64,000 nt of DNA, taken from positions 1,152,001-1,216,000 of the forward strand of contig CAXXIA010000002.1 in the NCBI GenBank assembly GCA_963666985.2. Reading direction: 5' to 3'. A model generated the notes under the pieces. The model did no database searches, was not told the DNA's origin, and saw only the letters and a list, made by a program, of their open reading frames with translations. The number at the start of each line of letters is the position of its first letter. Positions within the stretch are counted from its first letter, which is position 1. This document shows positions 1-8,735 of the stretch, one piece after another. The position numbers and the translations under genes were made by a program. Source of the stretch: Spirochaetia bacterium (lineage in GTDB: Bacteria; Spirochaetota; Spirochaetia; DSM-2461).

Positions 1-1
1 C

Positions 2-694
2 AAGTATTCGAAGAAATTCGGATGCGTCATGCTGCCCTTCGCCTTCAGCGGTTACGACCAAGCCTACAAAACTCTCGACGGTCCCTTCATGAAGTGGGCT
101 GGACCGGACCTTGAGGCGCAGGGACTGGTCTTCCTGTCCAACTGGGAATGGGGATTCCGCAATCTTACCAACAGCGTTCGACCGGTGGTGCACCCCGCCG
201 ACGCAAAGGGTTTAAAAATCCGAACTCCGCCGGAATTATCCAACCAGGCCGCTATGGAAGCCATCGGCGCCATCGTCCAGACCATCGCCTGGAACGAGCT
301 GCCCATGGCCCTGAAGCAGGGTGTTGTCGACGGACAGGAAAATCCCGTATCGGTTATCTATTCCAATAAAATTTATGAAACCCAGAAGTATATGACCATG
401 ACCGGCCATACCTACAATTCCATGGTCCACGTTATCAGTAAAAAAACCTGGGACAAGCTTACCGCCGAACAGCAGAAAATCATCCGCGAGGAAAGCGTCC
501 GGGCCGGAAATTACATGAGACAGACCCTCCAGGACGCCGAAGCCGGACAGATCAAAAAACTTGAAGAACTGGGCATGGAAGTCGTTTGGCCCGATGTCGC
601 CGAATTTAAAGCCCTGATGGGTCCGGCGTACAAGAGAATGGCCGAGTCGGTGGGTGCCGAGAATATTGATGCCTTCCTGGCGATGATTCAATAA
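2..694 (+). CDS. dctP: TRAP transporter substrate-binding protein (5' end outside window)
   Basis: Frame open from base 2; motifs GFRNLTN..RPV, GLKIRT, ALKQGVVDGQENP typical of DctP. Confidence 0.93.
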   Translation, partial: KYSKKFGCVMLPFAFSGYDQAYKTLDGPFMKWAGPDLEAQGLVFLSNWEWGFRNLTNSVRPVVHPADAKGLKIRTPPELSNQAAMEAIGAIVQTIAWNELPMALKQGVVDGQENPVSVIYSNKIYETQKYMTMTGHTYNSMVHVISKKTWDKLTAEQQKIIREESVRAGNYMRQTLQDAEAGQIKKLEELGMEVVWPDVAEFKALMGPAYKRMAESVGAENIDAFLAMIQ

Positions 695-722
695 CAAACA
701 GAATCGTGGTGGTGTCGCGCAA

Positions 723-2003
723 ATGACCGTTTTTCTGATTTTTCTTCTGCTGATCGGTTTCATCATGCTGGGAGTCCCCATAGCAATCAGTATGGGAATG
801 ACCTCCGTGATTGCGTTCGCTTTCCTGGGCGAAATCTCGAATCTGACGATGTTCGCCCAGCGAATGTACGCCTCCACGACTTCGTTCACCCTTCTTGCAA
901 TTCCTTTCTTCATCCTGGCCGGGAACCTCATGAACACCGGAGGTATCACCAACCGGATTTTCCGGTTCGCACGTGCCCTGGTGGGACACCAATGGGGAGG
1001 CCTCGGCCAGGTGAACGTCGTGGCAAGTATGATCTTCTCAGGCATGTCCGGTGCCGCCGTTGCGGACGCCGCCGGCCTGGGCATGATTGAAATGAAGGCC
1101 ATGGAGGACCAAGGTTACGACAAAAAGTTCTCCGCGGCCATCACGGCGGCCTCCTCTACCATCGGTCCTGTCATCCCGCCGAGCATTCCCTTCGTCATTT
1201 ATGCCCACATGGCGAACGTCTCGGTGGGACGACTTTTTATCGCGGGATTTCTGCCGGGAATCCTCATGGGTCTGGCCCTGATGGCGGCCGTCTATATTGT
1301 TTCAATAAGAAGAAATTATCCGCGGGAAGACCGTGCTGGCTTCAGAGAGATTTTTGAAAGTCTTAAAGGCGCCCTTCTCCCTCTGGGCACACCGGTTATC
1401 ATCATCGGCGGCATTCTCACCGGATTCTTCACACCAACCGAGGCGTCAGTCGTCGCTTCACTCTACGCCCTGTTTCTCGGCCTCGCGGTTTACAGAGAAA
1501 TCAGAATCCGTGATTTGCCGGGAATCCTCTGGGATACCCTGGTTCATACAATCCGGGTGATGTTCATCATTTCCGCGGCGGGCTTTTTCAGCTGGCTGAT
1601 GATTCACCAGAGAATTCCCGACCAGGCAATCCTCGCCATGACCTCCTTAAGCTCCAGCCCGGCGGTCTTTCTGGCCATCACCATTTTTATTCTTCTCATT
1701 CTGGGCTGCTTTATCGAAGGAATAGCGGTGTTCCTCATCACCATGCCCATCCTGATGCCCCTGGTGCATCACTTCGGCGTAGACCCAATCCAGTTCGGTG
1801 TGATTATGACGCTCGCGTCGATGCTGGGACTGCTCACGCCTCCGGTCGGCATGTGCCTTTATGCGGTTTCAAGCATCAGCAAGGTCACGATCGGTGATCT
1901 CTCGAAAGAAGTGGCACCCTACCTTATCGGCATCTTCGCGGTTCTCCTGGCGGTTACCTACATCCCCGCGATTTCGACTTGGCTGCCGTCGCTTATCGGC
2001 TGA
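723..2003 (+). CDS. dctM: TRAP transporter large permease
   Basis: LLAIPFFILAGNLM, SGMSGAAVAD, IPPSIP, TPTEA, LTPPVG motifs; many TM segments. Confidence 0.95.
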   Translation: MTVFLIFLLLIGFIMLGVPIAISMGMTSVIAFAFLGEISNLTMFAQRMYASTTSFTLLAIPFFILAGNLMNTGGITNRIFRFARALVGHQWGGLGQVNVVASMIFSGMSGAAVADAAGLGMIEMKAMEDQGYDKKFSAAITAASSTIGPVIPPSIPFVIYAHMANVSVGRLFIAGFLPGILMGLALMAAVYIVSIRRNYPREDRAGFREIFESLKGALLPLGTPVIIIGGILTGFFTPTEASVVASLYALFLGLAVYREIRIRDLPGILWDTLVHTIRVMFIISAAGFFSWLMIHQRIPDQAILAMTSLSSSPAVFLAITIFILLILGCFIEGIAVFLITMPILMPLVHHFGVDPIQFGVIMTLASMLGLLTPPVGMCLYAVSSISKVTIGDLSKEVAPYLIGIFAVLLAVTYIPAISTWLPSLIG

Positions 2004-2022
2004 CGGAAAAGACGAAGGACGT

Positions 2023-2559
2023 ATGGCACGCATCATCGACGGATTGGATCGATTTCGCCTCCGAGTGGAAACTCTCTATAAAACGATAACGCTGATCTGC
2101 GGATTTCTGCTGCTTCTTTTAATGAGCGGGAATGTTTTTGTCCGGCTTGTTCCCATCGCCTCCATGCACTGGTTCGATGAAATCGTCGAGCTGCTCTTCG
2201 CCTGGATGGTTTTCATCGGATCGGCGGTTCTCTACAGCAAAAAGGAGCATTTCCTCATCGATTGGCTTGCCAGAAAGACCGAAGGAACACGGATCGGAGC
2301 GGCCTATAAAATTCTGATTGAAGTCATTTGTCTGGCATTTGTGGCTATTTTTCTTTACGAAAGCGCACGTCTGACGGTTCTTGCAACGGGATGGACGGCC
2401 GTTTTCAATTTTTCCAAAAGATATCAATACGTCGCTATGCCGCTCGCCGGTCTTTTCATGACTTATGTAAGTTTGCTGGAGATTTTTAAGTCCATCACCG
2501 AACGACGAAACAAGGTCTTCTCCGAGTCTTCAATCCCAATGGAAAATTTTCAGGACTGA
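2023..2559 (+). CDS. dctQ: TRAP transporter small permease
   Basis: 4 TM; W.DE...LLFAWMVFIG..EH pattern; ATG at 2023 preceded by AAGGA (ORF track start 1861 overlaps dctM). Confidence 0.85.
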   Translation: MARIIDGLDRFRLRVETLYKTITLICGFLLLLLMSGNVFVRLVPIASMHWFDEIVELLFAWMVFIGSAVLYSKKEHFLIDWLARKTEGTRIGAAYKILIEVICLAFVAIFLYESARLTVLATGWTAVFNFSKRYQYVAMPLAGLFMTYVSLLEIFKSITERRNKVFSESSIPMENFQD

Positions 2560-2583
2560 AAAATATGGCCAAAACAGGCTTTC

Positions 2584-2982
2584 ATGCTCTACAGTTATCA
2601 TCACGTGAACTACAAAAGAAGCTCGCTTAGAGACAATCTCCTTGCCATCGTACAAGGAACAAATACACATCCGACCGCCCAGGAACTCTATGAATTACTC
2701 AGAAATCACTATCCCGGAGTCGGATTGGCCACCGTATATCGAAATCTGAAGATTCTTGTGGAACAGGGATTCATAGTAAAAGTTGAAATCAAAGGAAGTT
2801 CAGAACGATTCGAAGCCCGGCTGGATCGTCACTATCACCTTATTTGCGAATCCTGCGGTTCGATTTCCGATATTCCTCTTCAAGTCGATCAAGATTTGGA
2901 CTCCCGTGTGGAAGAAGTCACCGGCTGCCGCGTTATAAAACACGAAATCCAGTTTTTCGGACTCTGTAAAAATTGCCGCTAA
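2584..2982 (+). CDS. perR: Fur-family transcriptional repressor, PerR-like
   Basis: HPTA..LY, ATVYRNL, HYHLICESCG and C-terminal CKNC; start may be GTG 2605; directly upstream of a DPS-like gene. Confidence 0.85.
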   Translation: MLYSYHHVNYKRSSLRDNLLAIVQGTNTHPTAQELYELLRNHYPGVGLATVYRNLKILVEQGFIVKVEIKGSSERFEARLDRHYHLICESCGSISDIPLQVDQDLDSRVEEVTGCRVIKHEIQFFGLCKNCR

Positions 2983-3020
2983 TCAGTTGTTAATCATCTG
3001 TTTCTTTCTGGACTTATAAG

Positions 3021-3037
3021 ATGATAATGATTATCAT
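3021..3037. promoter_or_regulatory. Fur/Per box
   Basis: Perfect inverted repeat ATGATAAT-G-ATTATCAT 20 nt upstream of the DPS-like start, matching the Fur-box pattern. Confidence 0.8.
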
Positions 3038-3056
3038 TTTCAACAAGGAGTAAATT

Positions 3057-3608
3057 ATGGCAAAAGTAGCGAGAGAAGTCGTTGAAAAGGCCGGCGTTAA
3101 TGTTGATCAGCTCCTGGAACTGCTTGTTATGAACGCCTCCGCGGAACTGACAACCTATTATTACTACACCATTCTGCGGGTGAATCTTATCGGTCTTGAA
3201 GGGGAAGGATTAAAAGAAATCGCGGAAACGGCCCGAATTGAAGATCGAAATCATTTCGAAGCGCTGGTTCCGCGAATTTACGAATTGGGCGGAAAGCTCC
3301 CCGAATGCATGAAGGATTTTCACGATCTGTCCGCCTGTCCTCCGGCGAGACTCCCCGGGAATCCGTCGGATGTGAAGGGAATGCTGACCGTTCTCGTGGA
3401 AGCCGAGCGCTGCGCCGTCAGAGGGTACACGGAAATCTGCAATTTAACCGCGGGCAAAGATCATCGAACATACGATCTGGCTCTTGGAATCCTCAATGAG
3501 GAAATCGAGCATGAGTCTTGGTTCAGTGAATTCCTGGGTGAAGGCCCCTCCGGTCATTTCATGCGGAGAGGAGAAACCAGTCCCTTCGTCGGCAAATTCC
3601 TGAAGTAA
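3057..3608 (+). CDS. DPS-like (DPSL) ferritin-superfamily antioxidant protein
   Basis: AELTTYYYYT, EDRNHFE, AERCA, EEIEHE carboxylate/His motifs and C-terminal GPSGHF; SD AAGGAG. Confidence 0.9.
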   Translation: MAKVAREVVEKAGVNVDQLLELLVMNASAELTTYYYYTILRVNLIGLEGEGLKEIAETARIEDRNHFEALVPRIYELGGKLPECMKDFHDLSACPPARLPGNPSDVKGMLTVLVEAERCAVRGYTEICNLTAGKDHRTYDLALGILNEEIEHESWFSEFLGEGPSGHFMRRGETSPFVGKFLK

Positions 3609-3612
3609 ACCG

Positions 3613-3855
3613 ATGAAGAATCCCCTGCCGGTAACGCGCTCCGAATTGGCCGAATGCAACGGACGGAACGGTAAATCCGCCTGGGTGGCCGTTGACGGCA
3701 TTGTCTACGACGTTACAAAACTTTTTCTCTGGAAAAAGGGACGTCATTGGGCCATGCACGATGCCGGCGGGGATTTAACGGAAGATCTTCAATCCGCGCC
3801 TCATGGCGCGGATTTGTTAAAACGGGCCGAGATTGTCGGCAGACTTGTCGACTAA
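3613..3855 (+). CDS. Cytochrome b5-like heme/steroid-binding protein
   Basis: WVAVDGIVYDVT, W..G.H..H.AG.DLT, APHG motifs. Confidence 0.85.
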   Translation: MKNPLPVTRSELAECNGRNGKSAWVAVDGIVYDVTKLFLWKKGRHWAMHDAGGDLTEDLQSAPHGADLLKRAEIVGRLVD

Positions 3856-3925
3856 CCACGGGATTCTCATCCTTGAAATCGGCGGGAGAACCCGGACCGA
3901 CGGATCGGAGTCTTCCAAACCTTCA

Positions 3926-3955
3926 TTGACGCCGTTTCGACGGCATCCGTATAAT
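3926..3955 (+). promoter_or_regulatory. Sigma70-type promoter
   Basis: TTGACG-18nt-TATAAT upstream of the RHH gene. Confidence 0.65.
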
Positions 3956-3987
3956 TGGGGTATTAATATTTATTACGGAGGCCTCAG

Positions 3988-4242
3988 GTGCCCCAAAAGC
4001 AGGATATTATTACCTTTAAAGTCGATACCGCTTTGGCTCAGAGAATACGGGATTTGCCCAACCGATCCGAATTTATTCGTACGGCAGTGTTAAACGCTCT
4101 GGAGAACACCTGCCCGCTCTGCCAGGGAACCGGGACGATTTCACCCGACCAGAAGCATCACTGGGATGAATTCATAAAAAAACACGATGTGGTCCGCTGC
4201 GCCGACTGCGACGCCATTTACATAGCCTGCCGAAACAGCTGA
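3988..4242 (+). CDS. Ribbon-helix-helix (CopG-like) regulator with Cys-rich putative metal-binding C-terminus
   Basis: IITFKVD..L...NRSEFIR.AV RHH pattern; CPLC and CADC; GTG start after GGAGG. Confidence 0.75.
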   Translation: MPQKQDIITFKVDTALAQRIRDLPNRSEFIRTAVLNALENTCPLCQGTGTISPDQKHHWDEFIKKHDVVRCADCDAIYIACRNS

Positions 4243-4262
4243 GCCGCGGTCTCATCCGGAAA

Positions 4263-4318
4263 CCTCTGTGCGGGGGAGTCTTCCATAGGGCAAAGTCCGA
4301 CTCTCGGCAGCGCCGGCT
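4263..4318 (+). repeat. 56-bp imperfect direct repeat, copy 1
   Basis: 50/56 identical to 5952-6007 by manual alignment. Confidence 0.9.
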
Positions 4319-4414
4319 CTCAAGCGGAGATACCGCCATGAAGAAGGCAGCATCACACGGGCCGGAGCAATCACCACGGTGATGCAGCCGCATCATTATC
4401 AACAGCATCGCGGA

Positions 4415-4469
4415 TTGACAAGAGACGGCCCGTCTCTTATATTCTCATTATTAGAGACGATGTGTCTCT
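4415..4469 (+). promoter_or_regulatory. Sigma70 promoter with two palindromic TetR-type operators
   Basis: TTGACA(4415)-17nt-TATATT(4438); AGAGAC-N5-GTCTCT at 4421-4437 and 4453-4469. Confidence 0.75.
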
Positions 4470-4491
4470 TAAAACAATGTGGAGGCTGAGA

Positions 4492-5319
4492 ATGGCATCA
4501 ATAAAAGAGAAAACCGCGCTGGTTACAGGCGCATCGTCGGGAATCGGGAAAGCAGCGGTGGAGCGCCTTCTCGCGGAGGGCGCGTTCGTGTACGCGGCGG
4601 CGCGCCGCACGGAACGGATGGAAGATCTCGCAGAAAAAGGGGCCGTTATCCTGAAACTCGATGTGACGGACGAAACTTCGATAAAAGCCGCCGTCGAAAG
4701 CATTCTAAAGGAGAGGAAATCCGTCGATATCCTGGTAAACAACGCGGGCTACGGCTCCTACGGCGCGATCGAAGACGTCCCGCTGGAAGAAGCACGCAGG
4801 CAGTTCGACGTGAACATCTTCGGGCCGGCGCGGCTGACGCAGCTGGTTCTGCCCGGCATGAGGAAAAACCGCTACGGCCGGATTATCAATATTTCATCCA
4901 TCGGCGGAAAGATCTACTCGCCGTTCGGAGGCTGGTACCATGCCACCAAGCACGCGCTGGAGGGGCTCACCGACAGCCTGAGGCTGGAAACGGCCATTCA
5001 TGGGATAATCCCCGTTATCATCGAACCCGGCGGAATCGCCACCGAATGGGGCGGCATCGCCGCGGAGAACCTAAAGAAAACGTCCGGCGGCGGGGCATAT
5101 GCCGATGCGGCCCGTAAATCGGCCGGAAAAATGTCGGCGATGTATTCGTCGGGACGTCTTACCGATCCTTCGATCATCGCCGGGGTAATCCTGAAGGCCG
5201 TAAAGGCGCGCAGGCCGAAAACCCGCTATGCGGCGGGATATCTCGCCGGGACAAGCCTCTTTCTCAGACGCCTTCTCAGCGATCGGATGTTCGATAGAGC
5301 CATTGCGATGGTCCTTTGA
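4492..5319 (+). CDS. Short-chain dehydrogenase/reductase (classical SDR)
   Basis: TGASSGIG, NNAG, Y..TK (YHATK); ATG 4492 after GGAGG. Confidence 0.92.
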   Translation: MASIKEKTALVTGASSGIGKAAVERLLAEGAFVYAAARRTERMEDLAEKGAVILKLDVTDETSIKAAVESILKERKSVDILVNNAGYGSYGAIEDVPLEEARRQFDVNIFGPARLTQLVLPGMRKNRYGRIINISSIGGKIYSPFGGWYHATKHALEGLTDSLRLETAIHGIIPVIIEPGGIATEWGGIAAENLKKTSGGGAYADAARKSAGKMSAMYSSGRLTDPSIIAGVILKAVKARRPKTRYAAGYLAGTSLFLRRLLSDRMFDRAIAMVL

Positions 5320-5332
5320 TATACTGAACCGT

Positions 5333-5977
5333 ATGTGCGCTTGCGATTGGCAGAGAGCCCGGAGCCGGGAACAGGTTGAGCACCGAACCAACGAGGTTCT
5401 CGACGCCGCAGCCCGGCTGTTCCGCAGCGTTCCCTATGACGGGGTTACTCTGCAGATGATCGCGAAAGAGGCGGGATTCACCCGGTCCAACCTGTACCGC
5501 TATTTCGCGACGAAGGAAGAGATCTTCCTGTTCCTGTACCTGGCGGACATCCGTGTCTGGGTGAAGGATGTCTCCGAATCGGTAGGCGCGAATCTCACGC
5601 CCGATGCGTTCGCGGCCGTCTGGACGGAAATAACCTGCCGTCACCGAAGGCTTCTGGAGCTCACACCCCTGCTGACGCTCACTCTGGAAAGAAACGCTTC
5701 GGAAGAACTCTACAGAGATACGAAAATCGCGTTCGCGGACGTCCTGGAAGTACTTACAAGAGTTATTTCAAAGGCATTGCCCGCCCTGGAGCCGAACAGA
5801 ATCGGCGAATTCATCAAATTCTTCCAGGCGCTGGTATCCGGCGCCTGGCCCATGTCCAAACATACGGAGACGCAGCGGCGGACACTGGAGGAATTGGGGA
5901 TGAACAGCATTGTCGTGGACTTCCCGAAACTGGTGTCGGAATCCATTCACGCCTATGTGCGGGGAAGTCTTCCATAG
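5333..5977 (+). CDS. TetR/AcrR family transcriptional regulator
   Basis: WQRARS..Q, VTLQMIAKEAGFTRSNLYRYF.TKEEIF HTH. Confidence 0.9.
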   Translation: MCACDWQRARSREQVEHRTNEVLDAAARLFRSVPYDGVTLQMIAKEAGFTRSNLYRYFATKEEIFLFLYLADIRVWVKDVSESVGANLTPDAFAAVWTEITCRHRRLLELTPLLTLTLERNASEELYRDTKIAFADVLEVLTRVISKALPALEPNRIGEFIKFFQALVSGAWPMSKHTETQRRTLEELGMNSIVVDFPKLVSESIHAYVRGSLP

Positions 5978-6007
5978 GGCAAAGAGAGCCTCTCGGCAGC
6001 GCCGGCT
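5952..6007 (+). repeat. 56-bp imperfect direct repeat, copy 2 (spans the TetR stop codon)
   Basis: Matches 4263-4318. Confidence 0.9.
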
Positions 6008-6063
6008 ACCGCCGGGATGCCGCACGGCCGCGGCTTGGAGGAGGCATCAGAACCTTATCCCGA

Positions 6064-6681
6064 TTATTCGTCTGCGGCGACGGCCAATTTAACGGCGAAA
6101 ATGGCCAAGAGTCCCGCGAACGATCTCCGAACGGTTAAAATTGCCCTGGGGCGTTCAACAATCAAATTTCGGACACTGGCCGCCAGAAGACCGTAGAGAA
6201 TGAAAACCGCCGCCGTCATCATCATGAACGCCGAACCGAGAAAAAGCATTTCATCAACGGGAGAAATGCTTCCCGGAGTCAGAAACTGGGGCAAAAAAGC
6301 AAAAAAGAACACGGTCAGCTTCGGATTCAGCAAGTTGATCAAGATGGCGCGGACAACAATACCGAAACCGCTCCGCTTCTCCGATTCTTCGTCAAAGCTC
6401 AAAGAACCGGTCGATCGCCACATGGACCAGGCCAGATAAGCCAAGTAGGCAACTCCGGCGAATTTCAATATCCGGAACGCGGTTGAACCCATGTGCAGGA
6501 AAGCGGAAAGACCGAGGATGCAGGCCGCCAGGTGCGGAAGGATTCCCAGAGTACACCCGAGGGCCGCGATGATGCTCGCCTTTTTACCGCGGGCAATTCC
6601 CGTGGATACGGTGTAAATAACCCCGGTACCGGGAACCAAAATAACAAGAAGCGAGGTGATGAAGAAGGAAACGCTGAACAT
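6064..6681 (-). CDS. LysE/RhtB family translocator
   Basis: PGTG, G.AYL.YLA, NLLNPK motifs; likely ATG at 6681. Confidence 0.9.
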   Translation of the reverse strand: MFSVSFFITSLLVILVPGTGVIYTVSTGIARGKKASIIAALGCTLGILPHLAACILGLSAFLHMGSTAFRILKFAGVAYLAYLAWSMWRSTGSLSFDEESEKRSGFGIVVRAILINLLNPKLTVFFFAFLPQFLTPGSISPVDEMLFLGSAFMMMTAAVFILYGLLAASVRNLIVERPRAILTVRRSFAGLLAIFAVKLAVAADE

Positions 6682-6766
6682 GGACGGCCTTCCGTTTCTT
6701 TGAATAGATACGTCATGATAAGATTTTTCCTGCGGTAAGTCCATAGAGGCTGCCGGTCCTCTCGGC

Positions 6767-8191
6767 TTATGCGCCGCTCAGTGATTCACGGCACATTGCG
6801 GCAACCTCCGACAAAGCCTTTTCATGCTTTTCAACGTAGTAGCCGGCATTGAGCCGGAGAAATTGGTGGAAATCACGGCTCATGGTGAACATGGGTCCTA
6901 TGGCTATGGAAATTCCCTTTTCTCTTGCCTTGCGGTAGAGTTCGACGGTATCAATGCCGCGAGGCAGTTCAACCCAGGTTGTCATGCCGCCCGAGGGATT
7001 CGTCATCCGCGTTCCTTCGGGAAACTCATCACGAACCTGCCGGATCAATCGGCACATATTATCATTCAGAGCCCGCCTGAGTTTTCTTAAATGTCTGTCG
7101 TAACGTCCGGAATCCAGATATTCGGTCAGGGCCTGTACGGAAGGCGCCGGGGGCGTAATGGAAAACGTGGCTTTGAGTCTTTCGATGTCTTCGGACCAGC
7201 GTCCGCCGCGCACCCAGCCTATACGCAGTCCCGCCGAGACGGTCTTTGAAACGGAACTGCAGTGAATAACCGTTCCGTCGGAATCGAAAGCGGCCAGAGG
7301 CGCGGGCCGTTTGGCTCCGAAATGAAGCTCTCCGTAAATATCATCCTCGATAAGAGCCGCGCCGGCCGCCGACACCAGCGAAACCAAACGTGTTTTTCGT
7401 TCATCCGACATCAGGCTACCGGTCGGATTATGAAAATTCGACGTGCTGAGCACGGCCTTGACCGAATGAGTGTCCAGAACATACTCAAGAACGTCGAGCT
7501 GCATGCCCGTATCCGGATCGGCGGGGATTTCAACGACTTTGATTCCCATGCGTTCGATGAGTCGAAAAAATATAAAATATGTGGGAGACTCCACGGCCAC
7601 GGTATCGCCGCGGGTGCATGTGGCAAGAAGCGCCAAAGAGACGGCCTCCATACAGCCGGCGGTTATCACAAGATCCTCGCTCGCCGCATCAACGCCGACG
7701 GCCATCAAACGCCGAGCGATATGCGTCCTCAAATCCCGAGTAAAGCCCTTGAACTGATAGCCGAGTGTTTCATGAGGTCTGTAACGAAGAGCGTGAATCA
7801 ACGCCCGTTCAACATCCGGAAGAGGCAGGAGATTATGATCGGTAAGGGCCAAAGCAAGGGAAACGTAATCCGAATTCACAGAATCCCTCATGACCTGATG
7901 AACAATGTCGGGAACGGTCACCATCGTCGGAACCGGGTCCGAAGTTTGCGGATGACGGGGAGTCTCCACCGGTATGGCAACATAAAAACCGGCCTGAGGG
8001 CGTGCTTTTAGAATTCCGCGGCTTTCCAGCAGAAGATACGCCTCACGGACCGTATTCACACTTACCGAAAGCGAAGCGGACAGGGCCCGAAGCGAGGGGA
8101 TTTTCTCTCCGGGTCCATACATTCCGTCGGTAATCATGGATTGAATACGATCCGCAACCTTCCGGTAAAGAACGTCCTTCGTATCGGTCAT
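6767..8191 (-). CDS. MocR-type GntR regulator with PLP-dependent aminotransferase-like domain
   Basis: wHTH (KIPSLRAL..VSVNTV..AY), ESPTY, NPTG, IEDDIY, SVSKT..GLRIGW. Confidence 0.93.
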   Translation of the reverse strand: MTDTKDVLYRKVADRIQSMITDGMYGPGEKIPSLRALSASLSVSVNTVREAYLLLESRGILKARPQAGFYVAIPVETPRHPQTSDPVPTMVTVPDIVHQVMRDSVNSDYVSLALALTDHNLLPLPDVERALIHALRYRPHETLGYQFKGFTRDLRTHIARRLMAVGVDAASEDLVITAGCMEAVSLALLATCTRGDTVAVESPTYFIFFRLIERMGIKVVEIPADPDTGMQLDVLEYVLDTHSVKAVLSTSNFHNPTGSLMSDERKTRLVSLVSAAGAALIEDDIYGELHFGAKRPAPLAAFDSDGTVIHCSSVSKTVSAGLRIGWVRGGRWSEDIERLKATFSITPPAPSVQALTEYLDSGRYDRHLRKLRRALNDNMCRLIRQVRDEFPEGTRMTNPSGGMTTWVELPRGIDTVELYRKAREKGISIAIGPMFTMSRDFHQFLRLNAGYYVEKHEKALSEVAAMCRESLSGA

Positions 8192-8362
8192 GCCTCCAAT
8201 CTAGGCTTTCGGCAAGAAAAAAAACAGGGGGCAATTTTACAGTCCCGGAAAGGACACAGTTTTTGCTGCCGACGCCTGAACCCTGAATTTCAATCGGGAC
8301 TGCATCCGTACATCCGGCCGCCGTACCTATACAGTAGGAACAGCATCCCTCGGAGGTGAAAA

Positions 8363-8608
8363 ATGCGGACTGCCGAAGGAATTTTTACTCTGCACGATAT
8401 TTTCAGACGCCCTCTCCATATCCGGAGCACCGAAGGCGTTTTGGTTGTAACCCGAGAACACGACGCTGAGGATTATATTCTTACCGAAGGCGGAGGCATC
8501 ACCCTCCGGCCGAAAGGTCTGCTGGCCATACGCGGGCTGACCGAAACGGCCGGGGCGAAAATTACGGGCGGACGATGGGGCGAACGCGGTATGGAAATCC
8601 GCTTGTAA
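8363..8608 (+). CDS. Small hypothetical protein, DUF2917-like
   Basis: SD GGAGGT; G.LVVT.E.D.EDYIL..G pattern; divergent from MocR. Confidence 0.6.
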   Translation: MRTAEGIFTLHDIFRRPLHIRSTEGVLVVTREHDAEDYILTEGGGITLRPKGLLAIRGLTETAGAKITGGRWGERGMEIRL

Positions 8609-8735
8609 ACATTCATGATGAATTATCCGTAAATGCCTCGCGAACATGCAATTCCGGGGATGCCTCATACAAAATACGGCGTTATCATGGAGAAACTATC
8701 GGCAGCACCGAATGATCTGCCGACCGGAGGTTTTC

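Noticed and set aside
3057..3608. DPS-like protein as encapsulin cargo
   Set aside because: No encapsulin shell gene nearby and no recognisable targeting peptide
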